A DNA stretch of 62,043 nt, counting the filler, from Choristocarpus tenellus KU-1152 (lineage: Eukaryota > Protista > Phaeophyceae), in NCBI GenBank assembly GCA_964200185.2. It is 10 parts of 10 records of this genome, joined end to end, with 100 filler letters (N's around TTAATTAATTAA, not from the genome) between each part and the next. Parts side by side here need not be neighbours in the genome. Positions count along the whole stretch, not along the records: positions 11,391 to 18,638 come from CAXNAD020006468.1; positions 18,739 to 22,203 come from CAXNAD020019847.1; positions 22,304 to 29,203 come from CAXNAD020007112.1; 7 more parts are not named here. One strand, given 5' to 3'. Position numbers and translations under genes: made by a program. Positions 12,900-24,890 of the stretch are shown here, piece by piece (within the stretch, counting starts at the first letter, position 1; every line of letters begins with the position of its first letter). The notes under the pieces were generated by a model. The model was not told the origin of the DNA. It did not search any database and worked only from the letters and a program-made list of their open reading frames with translations.

Positions 12900-13930
12900 G
12901 GAGGACATTGGTTCAGCGGTTACTACCATGCACATTTTACGACAGAAGTTGTACAGACATACACACGCGTGTATAACATCCCCTATGTGAGGCTGGGGCA
13001 CTTCAAGGGGTTCCAGAGGATCCACCAAGCACGTACAAGCATGCAAAAGACTTGCCCAATGGCGATCTTGGTGTTGGACTGATAGGATTTGAAGGCATCT
13101 GAATAAAAAAGCAGACCAGTCCCAAAGAAGGGGATCAATACCCGATCATCGGATGGGTAGGCTGCATCACCTGAAATGTAAAATCCTAGGGGAAGAGTTT
13201 CCAACCTCTCCCCATATCCTTAAATCCATCATGCAGTCCAACCTTTTTTGCTCCCTGAGTGTTCAAGCAGACTGCTCTGAAGCAATACAGAGCATCAAAC
13301 ACCACATGTAACAGAAAAAAGATGGTACATGGTTGGAGGCAATGCTGTAATGTTTCATGTGTAATAGTCTTGACAGATATTAAGTCCATGAGGACAAATT
13401 CAGTTGAATTCACTGCTTTGTCAGGAAGGAAATTCTACTACATGGGAAATGCAAGGCACGAACGATTTTACCTGAAGGTACCCTTCTTGTGACCTGGGAA
13501 GAAGTATGTAGGATGGCAGATGAAAGCTTGTGCTGATGTGTTTTATGCGGTTGAAAAGTCCATCAACGGCAGGCACCCACATATTTTCAATTATAATGGC
13601 AGCATTTCAAACATTGAATTCATCACGACAGTGTCCATATCCATCCCTCGAACAAATACGAGCTCCTTGCAGTTGACGATCACAAGAACAATTGTCCTGG
13701 TCGACATGTAAACAAAACGTTTGGCAATGACAGCAGTTTCCATGAGGTCATCGACACTACCACTAGATAAGCACCGCAGTCCACGCACAAGGGCTCACTC
13801 GCCTGGTACAATCCCATTTCAGAGCTCCCCATCCTCTCTTTCCTTTTTAGCAAAGAGTGCAGCAAACCGTACAATGCGTTCAATCATGGAAAGTCCATAT
13901 GGAAACATTTGTGAAGGTTCCATCCTCTAT
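12900..13930 (-). pseudogene. PIF/Harbinger (DDE_Tnp_4, HARBI1-like) transposase relic
   Basis: LRCLSSGSVDDL, PAVDG, FYISGDAAYP and KIAIGQVFCMLVRAWWILWNPL (canonical GDxAYP...RxxIExxFGxLxxRWxIL..PL). Frameshifted. Confidence 0.8.
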
Positions 13931-14377
13931 CAAATGGAGGATAAGCAAATCCTATTGTTGTCTTAGACTTTCAACCAACATTGTCCTTGTATGCCAAGCC
14001 ATACTAGTAATACCCTAGTACCGACCAACGCAAAAGTGGTTTCCTGGACACCACATTTCATTAGACCCTTCAGGCCCCCAAAAAGTAGAATTCCTCTTGT
14101 AGGCATTGGGACTTCATCCTCTCATGACATAACTGTACATTTTCTGCACTTGGGGTCAACTAAGGCAGTCAGGGCAGAGATAAAATGCGTTGTTTGTGTG
14201 CAAACACCCACCATGGACTCTGTAGGGCTGATGAAGGTTAGAGCTGCAAAAGCTGCTGGGGCCTTTGGCAGTCAATTCCAGGGTTGAGTTGTACTTGGGA
14301 TACTTTAACGTCTTAAAGCTGCCGCCTTACCATGTAATGGAGATTCTGCACTGTTGTATAATCTGCACTTCTGCTGA

Positions 14378-14638
14378 CAGTCAAAGTAGACGAGATGTAT
14401 CAAAAGTTTGGCCTTTTTGCAGTTCAAGTCAGTTTTTGAATCTATCGCAATTCACCCATATTTTGATGGATGAAGGGTTAGCTTTGACTTGACAACGTTG
14501 ATTTCTTCATTAATTAAAAAAATCGAAACAATTCAGAAAATATCCTCTACGTATTTGTGAAAATAGACGAATTTTGCATTTTTTTATTAGCATCCTTAAC
14601 ATGCAACTCTTCTGGGTGCCTCTCGTTTACTTTGAATC
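14378..14638. mobile_element. MITE family B (~255 bp)
   Basis: TIR resembling GAGTCAAAGTAAACGAGAGG, TGA TSD. Other copies at 54607-54826, 55021-55275 and 31418-31562 (partial). Confidence 0.8.
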
Positions 14639-14639
14639 T

Positions 14640-15620
14640 GAGGGCGAAGTATAGCATGTACTTCATGGTCTTGGTGGTAACAGCACACAAGCATTTCCCC
14701 ACGTAGTACCTTCTTCATTATCCTCGCCCAAGAACGTGGTGACTGCAACACTCTGAAGGCTGTAGTGCATTTCAAAGTGGTGGGATGGGGAATAATACGG
14801 CGATGCCAACCTTTACTATCTCTTGGACAAAGGTACTGTGTAATTGTGAAGAGGAAGCAAAAGGTATTTGCGAGGACTTGTGAGACTGCAGCTGAAGGGA
14901 GGGAAACCTCACAAAAAGAGCCTTGCTTGGGTGCACAGAGGATAGCTGAACTCAAGCCATCTATGAAGAGGAAGAGCGCCCCAAGGTGGTCTACTTTTGC
15001 AACGTCAGTTCAATAAATCGATTCCCAAAATCGATCGCCGCATGCAGTCCTTCTTGCTCTTAAGAGGTCTTTCAGAAAAAGTGCGGTATTTGCCATGATG
15101 TTAGATATTACTGAAACAGGTACATTTCTTGGTTTGGACCAGTGGGAGAGGGAGAAGTAACACACCCCTTTTTCATTCATCACCTTGCATTTTCCAAGCC
15201 CACATGGGAGGAAGGCCAGCAACACACGTCAAGTTAACCTCTAAAACCGTAATCACAAAGATTTTGTCTCTCAGTGGCCCTCCCCGGTACAAGGGTGCCT
15301 GCGTTTAAGAGTAGAAGACAGGGATGGAACGAAGAAACTGCCTGTTGTGCTGAAGTGCTGTGTATGTGGGAAAAGGGTCGACCTTTACTGTAAAAGCTCT
15401 GTTGGATATAAACTCCCATGATATGAGGGTCAAACACAGGAAGACAGTGCATTGCCACTAAATGTGCACCATACCAGATGAAATCTTGTGCGATGTGTTT
15501 GAGTGCCCATTCAAGGGTCAAGGCCTGGGGTTCGGCCAAGGATTTCCATGCAGTTGTTCTGTACAACACGGTATGCCCATTTTGGGGTGAGTTTCTAATC
15601 CACCCAGGCATTTACTGGGG
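14640..15620 (-). pseudogene. Possible Plavaka/CMC-like transposase relic
   Basis: Ordered fragments YRTTAW...GAHLVAMH..LTLIS...SFHP.LL..N...LLAFLP...CYHQDHE loosely follow the Plavaka motif order. Confidence 0.3.
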
Positions 15621-16964
15621 CAGTAAGTGAGTGTCCAGCTAGCCAATGTGGGCATATATTTGCGTAACATGTCCCTTGCATTGGGTTGGATTGTTTATCT
15701 TAACAGTGAATGTCACAGAAATTCTGAATTGGACTTCCAGAATTTCTTGAGTGACTTGCGTTTCTCACTGAGATGTTGAGTGACCAAACAAATGTCTGTG
15801 TGTATGAAAGAGAGATGGAGAGAATTTGGAAAATGGCTAATAGGATATATACTCTAATGTGTGCTGAAAGTGCATGAACTCGGGGAGCTCGTGTAGGGAT
15901 TTCTGGGGCTTCCAGGATGGGTATATTTGGAATTGGTCAGGTAGTGCATTATTGCTAGAATAATATTATTGAAACCAAACTTCCATGAGAAAATTGAAGG
16001 CTTGAAGGGGTCGTAACCTACAAAATACATGCAGGGCAGAGTATAATGGTGCTATTTTGTTTTGTGACTTAATGTCACAGCTCACAGCTGTGTGATTGAG
16101 GGTTTGACTACAAACACACAGATGCCCATCACAATGGCACCTCTACGAAGCCTGCTCAAAATATGTTTACACAGTTGATTTTGTAAACCTATCCATGTAC
16201 CTCCCGTTGGAAGGAACGTCTTGTATTCGCTGACTAGATGCCCAACTTTCTCAACACCAAATATTTATGATGGGAAAGGAAACAAAGTAAAGGGAGAGTA
16301 TATGAAATTCTTCAAACCATTTGTTATGAGATTATACGCTCAAAGAGCTACATATATCACACATACGACAAGAATTACGGGCAGAAAAACTCAAAAGCAC
16401 CTTTCCAATTTTTGCAACGTTCACAAAGAATCACTAAAAACACCAGGCATTTGAGTTAAAAGTATCTTACAAGGGGTATGACTGAATCATAAGAATCTGG
16501 TAGAACCATCTTCTCGTCTAATCAATCACACTTGCACATCTCCACTCTCAAACCCATGGCTATACCTCCACCCAGACGATCTCACTTGCCGCAGCCACAG
16601 CAACCGCATGCAACATACACACATTTTCAGCATAGAAATGGTCACGCACAACTTGAAAAGTCCCTGATTCAAATACGCTTGGCAAAACCTACTCCCCTCC
16701 AGGATACGTTAATATTCCAAATAAAAGTGAAAGGGTGAAGTAGTGGTGAGAAGGGGCAAGGGAAGCAACGACATCACTACCAAGGGCTTTTAACTGTTGG
16801 AATGGTGTTACCAACTAACTGCCTAGTTACAAACATTCCACACAAGAACGAAGGCTCAAGGATTGCAAAATGCATTCCTGCCTGCAACCAATTAACCACC
16901 ACTATTCTGCTCTATGATGACAGTGTGCTTGAGATATGGAACGCACCACTAGATGCCAATTGAA

Positions 16965-17937
16965 CTAGCCGAGGGCATTCTGTAGAGCATTCAAGCCGGC
17001 CTGCTTCAGCTGCAAAATGAGATCAGGCAGGACAAAGTTAACCCAAAAAACGGATGTGCAAGAAAGGGGGGGTGGAAGATGGGGCGGGGGGGTAGCTGTG
17101 AGGACAAACAGGTGCCGTACCTCTTCAAGAACCAAGGTCCGAACAGGAACACAGAAACGCCTGCAAGCTTCAAATGTTTTTCCTACATCAGTTGTTTCTG
17201 TCACCTTTGCTCAATCCAAGATATAGAGTACAATTTGCCTTTTTCTCATCAATAAAAACGGATAAGAGAGGTCACAAACTTCTTCCTTGACAAAAAAAAT
17301 GTTTTTTGGGATTCGTCATCACCGTTTACCGTCTTTCACTCTGATTCAATGAAGGCAGCACAAACAATCATTAAGAACAGCTATTGAAAGGTCACAAGAG
17401 CACATATCACACTAATACTACCACTCCCATTCCCACCTTAATTTTATTCATTTATTTTTTCCATCTAGACCAATCAACTCCTTCTGGTCCTTTCTTTCAC
17501 TACACATTAAAAAATACAGAAAGACAACACCTTTTTTTATTCCGAAATAAAAAATATCTACAAAAAAATAAAGCATGGCAAACCACGAGGAGTCAAAACA
17601 TGATGTGCATCAATCGCCCCACCAAGCCTGAGGAGAGATATTATCTCATGATCAACTGTGTAATTATCCTCCGAAACAACTCGTGCATCAATTAGACAGT
17701 TTCTCCTCATATCTCTTCACAGTTTTCCCACTCCCTCCCATTCAAGCAAAGCAGACACACCTTTTCAAAGTTGAACCCAGAGTTGAAGAGAGTAGATGCA
17801 GGAGCCTCACCAGCCTCCACTGCCTGAAGGGTACCATCAGTCCCACTGATGGTGTAGGGTAGGTCCATGATGGATCCACTGTGGCAGCAATCCATGATCA
17901 CCGTCAGTGTAACTCCCTCAGGGAGGCTCTTCACCAG
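16965..17937 (-). CDS. Metacaspase (peptidase C14B), 3' exons 17937-17761 and probably 17009-16965
   Basis: AG/GT-bounded 177-nt exon LVKSLPEGVTLTVIMDCCHSGSIMDLPY...FNFEK carrying the catalytic Cys motif. A phase-0 last exon would read LKQAGLNALQNALG*. Confidence 0.88.
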
Positions 17938-18828
17938 CTGCAGTGTGAGGGGGAAATGATGCACATGTCCCAAAACCATAACTTTAGTACAAGTACACTA
18001 AAAAAAAAGATCTAAATCAAGACAGTTAAATGAAAAAAAATACCCTTTGTGTGGCAAGCATCCTCCCTTCGTCCTATCTTTTATTCCACATAGGGCTATG
18101 TCCACAAAAACACCTTTGGACAGACAGAAAATACGGTTGGGTAATGACCAGGTTCTACTGGGGTAAGATCAATCTACCTAATCTACTAGACTGAAAACAG
18201 ATCTCACTAAAATTTCACATGGAGCAAAACAGGTGTCACAAATGCCTCGACTCATACCATCCCTGTCTCTTATACTCTACACACACCACTCCAGATTACA
18301 GTGACCGTTTCACCTCTACTTTTTAACATTAATTTGCAAAAAAAACAAATAAAAAAAACTAAACACAAAAAATAAATCAGCAAAGTTCGTTTCTGCTTGT
18401 GCAAAATTGTACCACACCCACCAAACAGTACATGTTCAACAAAGAGGCCCATCATCCTAAGAGTTGGCATTAGAGCCAATTACTCCTTGAAAACCCTACT
18501 TGTACAAAAACAAAAAAAATTATCTGGATTGCCAGACAACCAAGTGCAGCTTGTGTGCAAATCCTCAGTGATGCGTAACTACTACTGAGGGGATCAACAC
18601 ATTATTGCACTATTACACCAAGTACCCCCTTCCCCTATNNNNNNNNNNNNNNNNNNNNNNNNNNNNNNNNNNNNNNNNNNNNTTAATTAATTAANNNNNN
18701 NNNNNNNNNNNNNNNNNNNNNNNNNNNNNNNNNNNNNNCCCCAAACTAACATACCCTGATCTACTACTTGGGTGCATGCATGCATAAACAAAAATGTATG
18801 ACCCCCCTACCCATAACACACCCAAGCC

Positions 18829-18869
18829 AACCCTAACCCTAACCCTAACCCTAACCCTAACCCTAACCC
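18829..18869 (-). repeat. Interstitial (TTAGGG)n array immediately after a splice donor
   Basis: About 6 CCCTAA units next to CTCAC (GTGAG on the minus strand). Confidence 0.9.
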
Positions 18870-18875
18870 ACTCAC

Positions 18876-21170
18876 CTCTGTCTAAGTTTCGGAACTGTCA
18901 ATCCCTCTAGTTCCTCCCTAAGCTTCACCTCAGCATCCCCCCCCACTGCCCAGTTCCGCCTAACATCTCCTGAGAGGATCACATTAGGATTAGGTTCAAG
19001 GGATCATGATCAGAGGTCAAACCCGTTGGGGTCATGGCCTGTCATGCTGAGTTCAGGTTTCTGACCCTAACACTAACAACGTATCACATTTTTTAAACAG
19101 TTGTATCATCCTTAGTGAATAATCTTGACTAATCCCACCCCAAATACTACAAAACTAATATAATGTGTAGCTCATATGAACATCGGTATCAAATTGCACT
19201 GACCATACACACACACATACAAATACAAACCACTGCAAGGTGTAACAATGTTTTGAGTCTAACCCTAACCCTAACCCTAACCCTAACCCTATCAAATTCT
19301 TTCTAGCATAACTTCTCGACTTGAAAAAAAACAAAACACACACACACATGCATAAATGCATACACAGTTTTCTTACTTTGATGACAAACGAGAGAGTAGA
19401 GCCAACAGTAGAATAGTTGGCACCTTTCTATCCATTTAAAAAAATAATATATTCTTTTTTTTCTTTAAATCGAGGCATGTTTCTTGGAGGGTGTACCTTT
19501 TCCTTGTGGCGGTGAAAAAAAAGGTACTGAGTAGAGAGTGGTGGATTGGATGGGAAGGAGGGAGGCAAGAGAGCTGCACATCCTGGGTCTCAGTTATTAC
19601 TCCGGTGACAAAACAAGGACTGCCAGGGACCCAGAAAATTCTAGGTGAACTGGCACAATGGATGCCCTCCACTATACATCACTTCAACACCTAATGTCAA
19701 CCAGCTGTAGCCATTGCACGTAAGCCCAATCTGTTCTTCTCATGGCTAGCCTCTTTCTGGAGTAGAGAAGTTCAACACCAGGGGTTGTCATTCTTGGGGC
19801 CAGGTGCACTTGCCCAGTCAGAGGAGGCCAACTCTATTGTGAAGTCTAGAAATTGCTTAACATCCTACACTCTACCCTCCCACAGCACCCCCAAGCACTC
19901 ACGCAGGATGCCCCCCAAGGCAGACTTTCCGCTCTCCTGTAATATCCTCAAGACCACCTCAACTGGAACAAGGCGAATAGACAGTGCTGCCTGCTCAGGA
20001 GTCATGAAACCATTCCCATCCCAGCCAGGCTGCCTATTCCCATCCCATTCTCCTTCCCCATCAATATTCATATACCCATCCCCAGTTCCACTGGCGCCGC
20101 CTGTTGGTGATATCAACGATCTCATATATGCAGCAAGGCGTTCTGCAGTGCCCGGCCCCTGCATTCCCAAATCTGCCCACCCTGTCATGGTTGATCGCTT
20201 AAGTGTATCAAGCTATTTTCCAAACGCATTCAAGTTCAACATTAGTATTGAGGAAGAGGAGGGCAGGGCAGCGCAGGGCAGCGCAGGGCAGGGGGGGGGC
20301 GGGGAGGACTTGAAACAGGAAGAAAGATGAGTTTGACATCTTTCTTAAGAGAGTAAGAGAGTAAGAGAGTAAGAGAGTAAGAGAGTAAGAGAGTAAGAGA
20401 GTAAGAGAGTAAGAGAGTAAGAGAGTAAGAGAGTAAGTAATACGGGAATGTATGCATGAGTGCAGGGCTGGGCCTGACACAAGAGGGGTGGATATAGGAG
20501 ACATAAGAGAGAAGAAACTTAAAAAAGACCATCTTAACTCCATAGGGAAAGGAAGAACAGAGGGAGAGAGGAGTAGAACAAAATAAATAAAAGGAGTAGA
20601 CCTCGTGTAGAGATTGATCATTGGATAGGGAGACAACACGGAGGTAGCCCCCAACCCATTGACCAGAATAAGTCCACCATGGATGGCTCTAGATACAAAC
20701 ACAGGTATTCTCTTTTCACACTGCTGTTGATCCATCCAGGGTAACATAGAGTAGAGATAGGAATGCATAGGTATGCCCCCCCCCCTCCCCCCCGTTCATT
20801 ATCATAATCTTTCAGTCCCTCCCTCCCCCTCAACGCTTCAGCGCACTCATAAACAACCTATTGTACTCTCTCTCTCTCTCTTAACTGTAGCCTGGGGCGC
20901 ATAGGTAGGTGAACATGACCCGATAGGTGAGATGATAGATATATATGTACTAAGTACTCTAGAGGTCCGTACTCTCTCATGTTACACTGCACTGAGCTAA
21001 CCTGAATCAGGTTGACAAGGGAAGGGTGAGTGGCGGCCTTCTGCATCAGCGACACCAGAGACTTAAGCTTAGTGTACTCCCGCCTTCCAAGTCCACCACC
21101 ACCCCCACCTCGCCGCTCAATCTGGGTACACACATTGGCACATAGGATCTCCAAATACTGGTAGACATAC
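18876..21170 (-). CDS. Partial gene, probably a SNF2/RAD5-16-like helicase with a SAP domain. Exons 21170-21002, 20212-19903 and 18969-18876
   Basis: Phase-consistent GT-AG exons. YVYQYLE...LKSLVSLMQKAATHPSLV resembles the SNF2 LxxLRQxCxHPxLV motif, and LEGLTVPKLRQR resembles a SAP domain start. Confidence 0.6.
19259..19290 (-). repeat. Interstitial (TTAGGG)n array
   Basis: About 5 CTAACC units. Confidence 0.9.
20347..20436. repeat. (AAGAGAGT)n 8-bp microsatellite, intronic
   Basis: About 11 perfect units. Confidence 0.95.
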
Positions 21171-21361
21171 CTTCAGTTGGCGAGGAGAAAAAACCCAACA
21201 AACCAACAAACCAACAGCGACAATAGAGCAGCGGCCAGTGAGCTCAGGGGAAAAACTCGCTAAAGAGCAACAAAGTAACATACACTATAAGAAGGGTTTG
21301 CGAGGAAATGAAAGGCGGTAACGTGGAACAGAGAGAATGAAAATCCTCCTTCGATAACAGC

Positions 21362-21422
21362 TCATCATTATCATTATTATTATTATTATCATAATCATAA
21401 TCATTTTCATTATTATTATCAT

Positions 21423-21460
<38 letters not shown>
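21362..21460. repeat. Compound (ATT)/(ATC) microsatellite
   Basis: Visible trinucleotide runs. Confidence 0.9.
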
Positions 21461-21746
21461 CACAAACATACTACAACGCACTACAGAGAAATAGCTAGCT
21501 CCCTGCGACATTGACACAAAGGAAACCTCATGAACTCTCAGATCTCCATCCCTTCTGTCACATCTCCAGTGGCAGTTACACTATAGATAAGGCCACGGGG
21601 AGGGGGGGGGGGGGGGGGGGGGGGCGTCTCAGGTAGAGATGGGGCGTTTCCCATGCAGATTTGAATCGTCCCTGTCCACACCAGACTCCTAAAGTAAGAC
21701 ATGTCAACACTGAGAGTCACACTAAACGAGGGGCATAGGTGGCGGT

Positions 21747-21790
21747 TGTGTACTAACTGTGTACTAACTGTGTACTAACTGTGTACTAAC
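21747..21790. repeat. (TGTGTACTAAC)4 tandem repeat
   Basis: Four 11-bp units. Confidence 0.9.
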
Positions 21791-23003
21791 AACCCCTAGC
21801 AAAACTAAATGCCCCAAAACATTGTGTTTTTTGTGCATCACGAAAAGATCCTCTGCTCCATTGTGTTGTGTTGTGTGTTGTGTTGTGTTGTGTGTTGTGT
21901 TGTGTGTTGTGTTGTGCGCTCTTTGTTTGTTTATTTGTTTATTTGTTAGTCTGGCTCTCTTCTACAGGGACAACCTCCCCACCTGAAGGCATACATCTCA
22001 CACAAAATTACGAAGGAAAAAATAGCACACTGAACAATGCTTGGAACAAAACCATCCAACACAAAACAGTAAAAAAACACTCAATACCTTGCAGTAAATA
22101 ATGACAATGTTCACAGCCTCCCCTTGCAAAACCCTCGCTCCCCCCCCCCCCCCTTCCCCCTCCATACCTCCCAAACATCTGATATAGTAATTTGTACTCA
22201 CATNNNNNNNNNNNNNNNNNNNNNNNNNNNNNNNNNNNNNNNNNNNNTTAATTAATTAANNNNNNNNNNNNNNNNNNNNNNNNNNNNNNNNNNNNNNNNN
22301 NNNGGAAGGTTGGATGGAGAGTGCATGTGCCTTTTTGGGGGATATGGGCCAACTGGGCACCCGGGCGCCCCCCCCCCCCCCCCCCCCAGATACTTTGGGT
22401 CAAAACAAACCTCGAGGGTGTTCTTCTCCCAGAGCGCAGGAAGCCTTCTCACAGTGAAGAAACGAACAAACAAAAATGTATGATTTTGACCCGATCCTTG
22501 TCTTAACTGTTTCTGCTCTGTTAACCACCCCGTCAACTCTGGAGAGGATAATCGTTCCCCAAATGGTAAGCGGGGTAATGAGCGCTCCGAAGATTTTTTT
22601 TTGGGGGGGGGAGGGGGTTGGTACAGAATAAGATTTTTAAAATTATTATTTACACCAATGGAATCGGCCTATGCGCTGAATCGAGCCAATGAGATGTGTG
22701 CGCCTGTAAATAAGAGCTCCAAAAAAGGTAGGGAAGGTCCTGAGAGATAGACTAAAAATAATAATAAAAAATAATAATAATAATTAATAATGAATAAAAG
22801 TCCAACGGGCGGCTTTGCGTGCTGTAGTGAGAAAAAAAAGCAAATCAGGGCTTGTTGTTACTCGTCCTATATATGTACACACGCACACACACACACACAC
22901 ACACAAAATAGACTGCAAAGCAAGACCCATGCCACTGGTACCAATCCACAGTTATACACAAGGATGTGGTTACAAGATCTCATTATTTCTCCGATAATAG
23001 CTC

Positions 23004-23510
23004 AAGTTATAGCCTCAACACCTTCACTCACGGTGGAGAGCTTTGGGCGCCTCGGCAAGCAAGCGGAATGCTTCCTGGATGAGCTGGCTACACACATGGT
23101 AGGGAGGATAGAGACCGGATGATATAGCAGGAAAGAGGTGGCTAAATCCCGACTACAACATTATGTCTTGGTGACAATGCAGGTAGCACCGTCTAGATGT
23201 GTCATGGGTTTTAAGCTGGAGTCACCAGGGAGATGGGCAAGGAGGGGTCTGTTGGATTCTTGAGGTGCTTTCCTAGCTCCTCTCCCTGGGGTACAGGTAT
23301 AGGTAGATTGGAGGCACAGGGAAGCAGTGGTACAACATAGATAGTAGTGAAATTAACAAATAGATTAGTGTTATTTTTTTTTGGCGTTTGGGACAAATTC
23401 TACTTCTTTAGTTTTTTTTTCTGAAACGCGAATAGTTTTTCTTGTTTTTTTTCCTGACACATCTCCAAAATGTCAGAGGGCACAATAATATAATAATATA
23501 ATAATATATA
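23004..23510 (+). mobile_element. RLE-LINE 5'-truncated copy with 3' UTR and (TAA)-rich tail
   Basis: VESFGRLGKQAECFLDELATHMVG, ending CCTGACACATCTCCAAAATGTCAGAGGGCACAATAATA. Confidence 0.75.
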
Positions 23511-23589
23511 AGATAATAGTTTTGATACTCTGTAGTACGGTTCTGAGGCTTGAGGTGGTACAGAGAGTGTGGCCTACAATTTTACTATA

Positions 23590-24335
23590 TTTTTATTATT
23601 ATGCCCTCTGACATTCTGTAGATGTGTCAGGGGGGAAACCAATGAACACTATACATATGTCAGTGTAAGCCCTAAAGAAATAAAATATCATAAATGTGAA
23701 AAACACTAATCTATTTGTTACGTCACCACTATCTATGTTGTACTACTTACTGCCTTGCTGTGTCTCCAATCTACCTATACCTGTACCCTGGGGGGAGGGG
23801 CTAGGGAGGCATCCTAAGAATCCAGTAAACCCCTCTGTGCCCATGAGTGAAAGTGTCTTAGAGGGTACGAGTTTTGCCCTATTTGTCCATTTGGGGCTTG
23901 GCTTCCCATTGGTTTTTTATTACATCTTCCTACTCCAAAATGTTTCGGAGTAGGTAAAATATATACGTTATGAAGAGGTGTGTCTGGAACAAGGATATTC
24001 ACACTTCCTAACAAACGCGATAGCCAAGATTATATCAAAAGCGCAACATTGGATTTTGGCCCCCAAATGAACACGGCCCTACCCTCTAAGATACTTTGGC
24101 TCCATCTCCCTGGTGACTCCAGCTTAAAACGCATGGCATGTCTAGAACGTGCCACTTGCGTAATCACCGAAACAATTTGGTGTAGTCGGGATTTAACCAC
24201 TCCTTTCCTTCAATATCCTCCAGTTCCTCTCTCCCCTACCATGTGTGTAGCCAGCTCATCCAGGAAGCATTCCGCTTGCCTGCCAAGGCGCCCAAAACTT
24301 TCCACCGCAAAGGGGTTGAGGTTATAACTACGAGT
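23590..24335 (-). mobile_element. RLE-LINE 5'-truncated copy, tail-to-tail with 23004-23510 and interrupted by MITE A
   Basis: PFAVESFGRLGRQAECFLDELATHMVG with the same UTR and tail in reverse. Confidence 0.75.
23845..24102. mobile_element. MITE family A nested in the LINE
   Basis: CAT TSD confirmed by the empty site GCCCATCTCC in the sister LINE copy (reverse complement of ~23229-23238). Confidence 0.92.
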
Positions 24336-24373
24336 GGACGCGCCTTGGCTTTTACTATTTAATATATTATTAT

Positions 24374-24753
24374 TGTGAAACAGATGGAAATAATGGAAAT
24401 CAATTGCGGTTTCCGCGCGGAGGTTCGAACCCTGCCGTCGTCGCCACTGTGAAACAGATGGAAACAAGCCGACAGGTTCTTCGTGATGAAGGGGAGCGGG
24501 AAGACCCACAGGAGGCAGGGCCAAAGAGAGAGACAAGTCAAGAGGGAGAGCACTCCCTAAGAAGATCACTCGGGAAAGGAGTGTTCAAGCGGTAACTGAA
24601 TGAGGGGGGGGTTGGCAAGGTCACTCCCAACCACCTGATCTTACTTCAAGCAGATGTTACCTTCAACATGCAAAAACAAATGTCATACGAGTATCAGAAT
24701 CTTCAAGATAGGTTACCTTCAGGGTATACCTTCTGTGGAAGATGGCTCTCACA
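24374..24753 (-). mobile_element. Atypical LTR-derived insertion: one LTR (24753-24448), extended tRNA-Ser PBS and a duplicated 17-bp LTR tip
   Basis: TGTGA...TCACA ends, TTAT TSD (24370-24373 and 24754-24757), and CA-g-TGGCGACGACGGCAGGGT PBS geometry. Confidence 0.75.
24396..24446 (+). pseudogene. Copy of the mature tRNA-Ser(NGA) 3' half including CCA
   Basis: GAAATCAATTGCGGTTTCCGCGCGGAGGTTCGAACCCTGCCGTCGTCG-CCA: 3' side of the anticodon loop, long variable arm, T-loop GGTTCGAA, discriminator G and CCA. Confidence 0.8.
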
Positions 24754-24890
24754 TTATGTCCTTTGACATTTTCCAGGTGTGTCACAAAACCAATGAAAAC
24801 TATTCACATTTCAGAATAACCCCTAAAAAAGCAATACTTGTCCTAAATGTGAAAGATATTTATCTATTCACTATTTTTACTTCTACCAGG
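24754..24890 (-). mobile_element. RLE-LINE 3' UTR whose tail is split by the LTR-derived insertion
   Basis: Removing 24374-24757 restores ATATTATTATGTCCTTTGACATTTTCCAGGTGTGTCA. Confidence 0.7.

Noticed and set aside
20208-20768. ORFs with LLSYSLT repeats
   Set aside because: Translations of an intronic 8-bp microsatellite
24396-24446. Functional tRNA-Ser gene
   Set aside because: The 5' half and D-arm are absent and CCA is encoded, so it is a reverse-transcribed fragment
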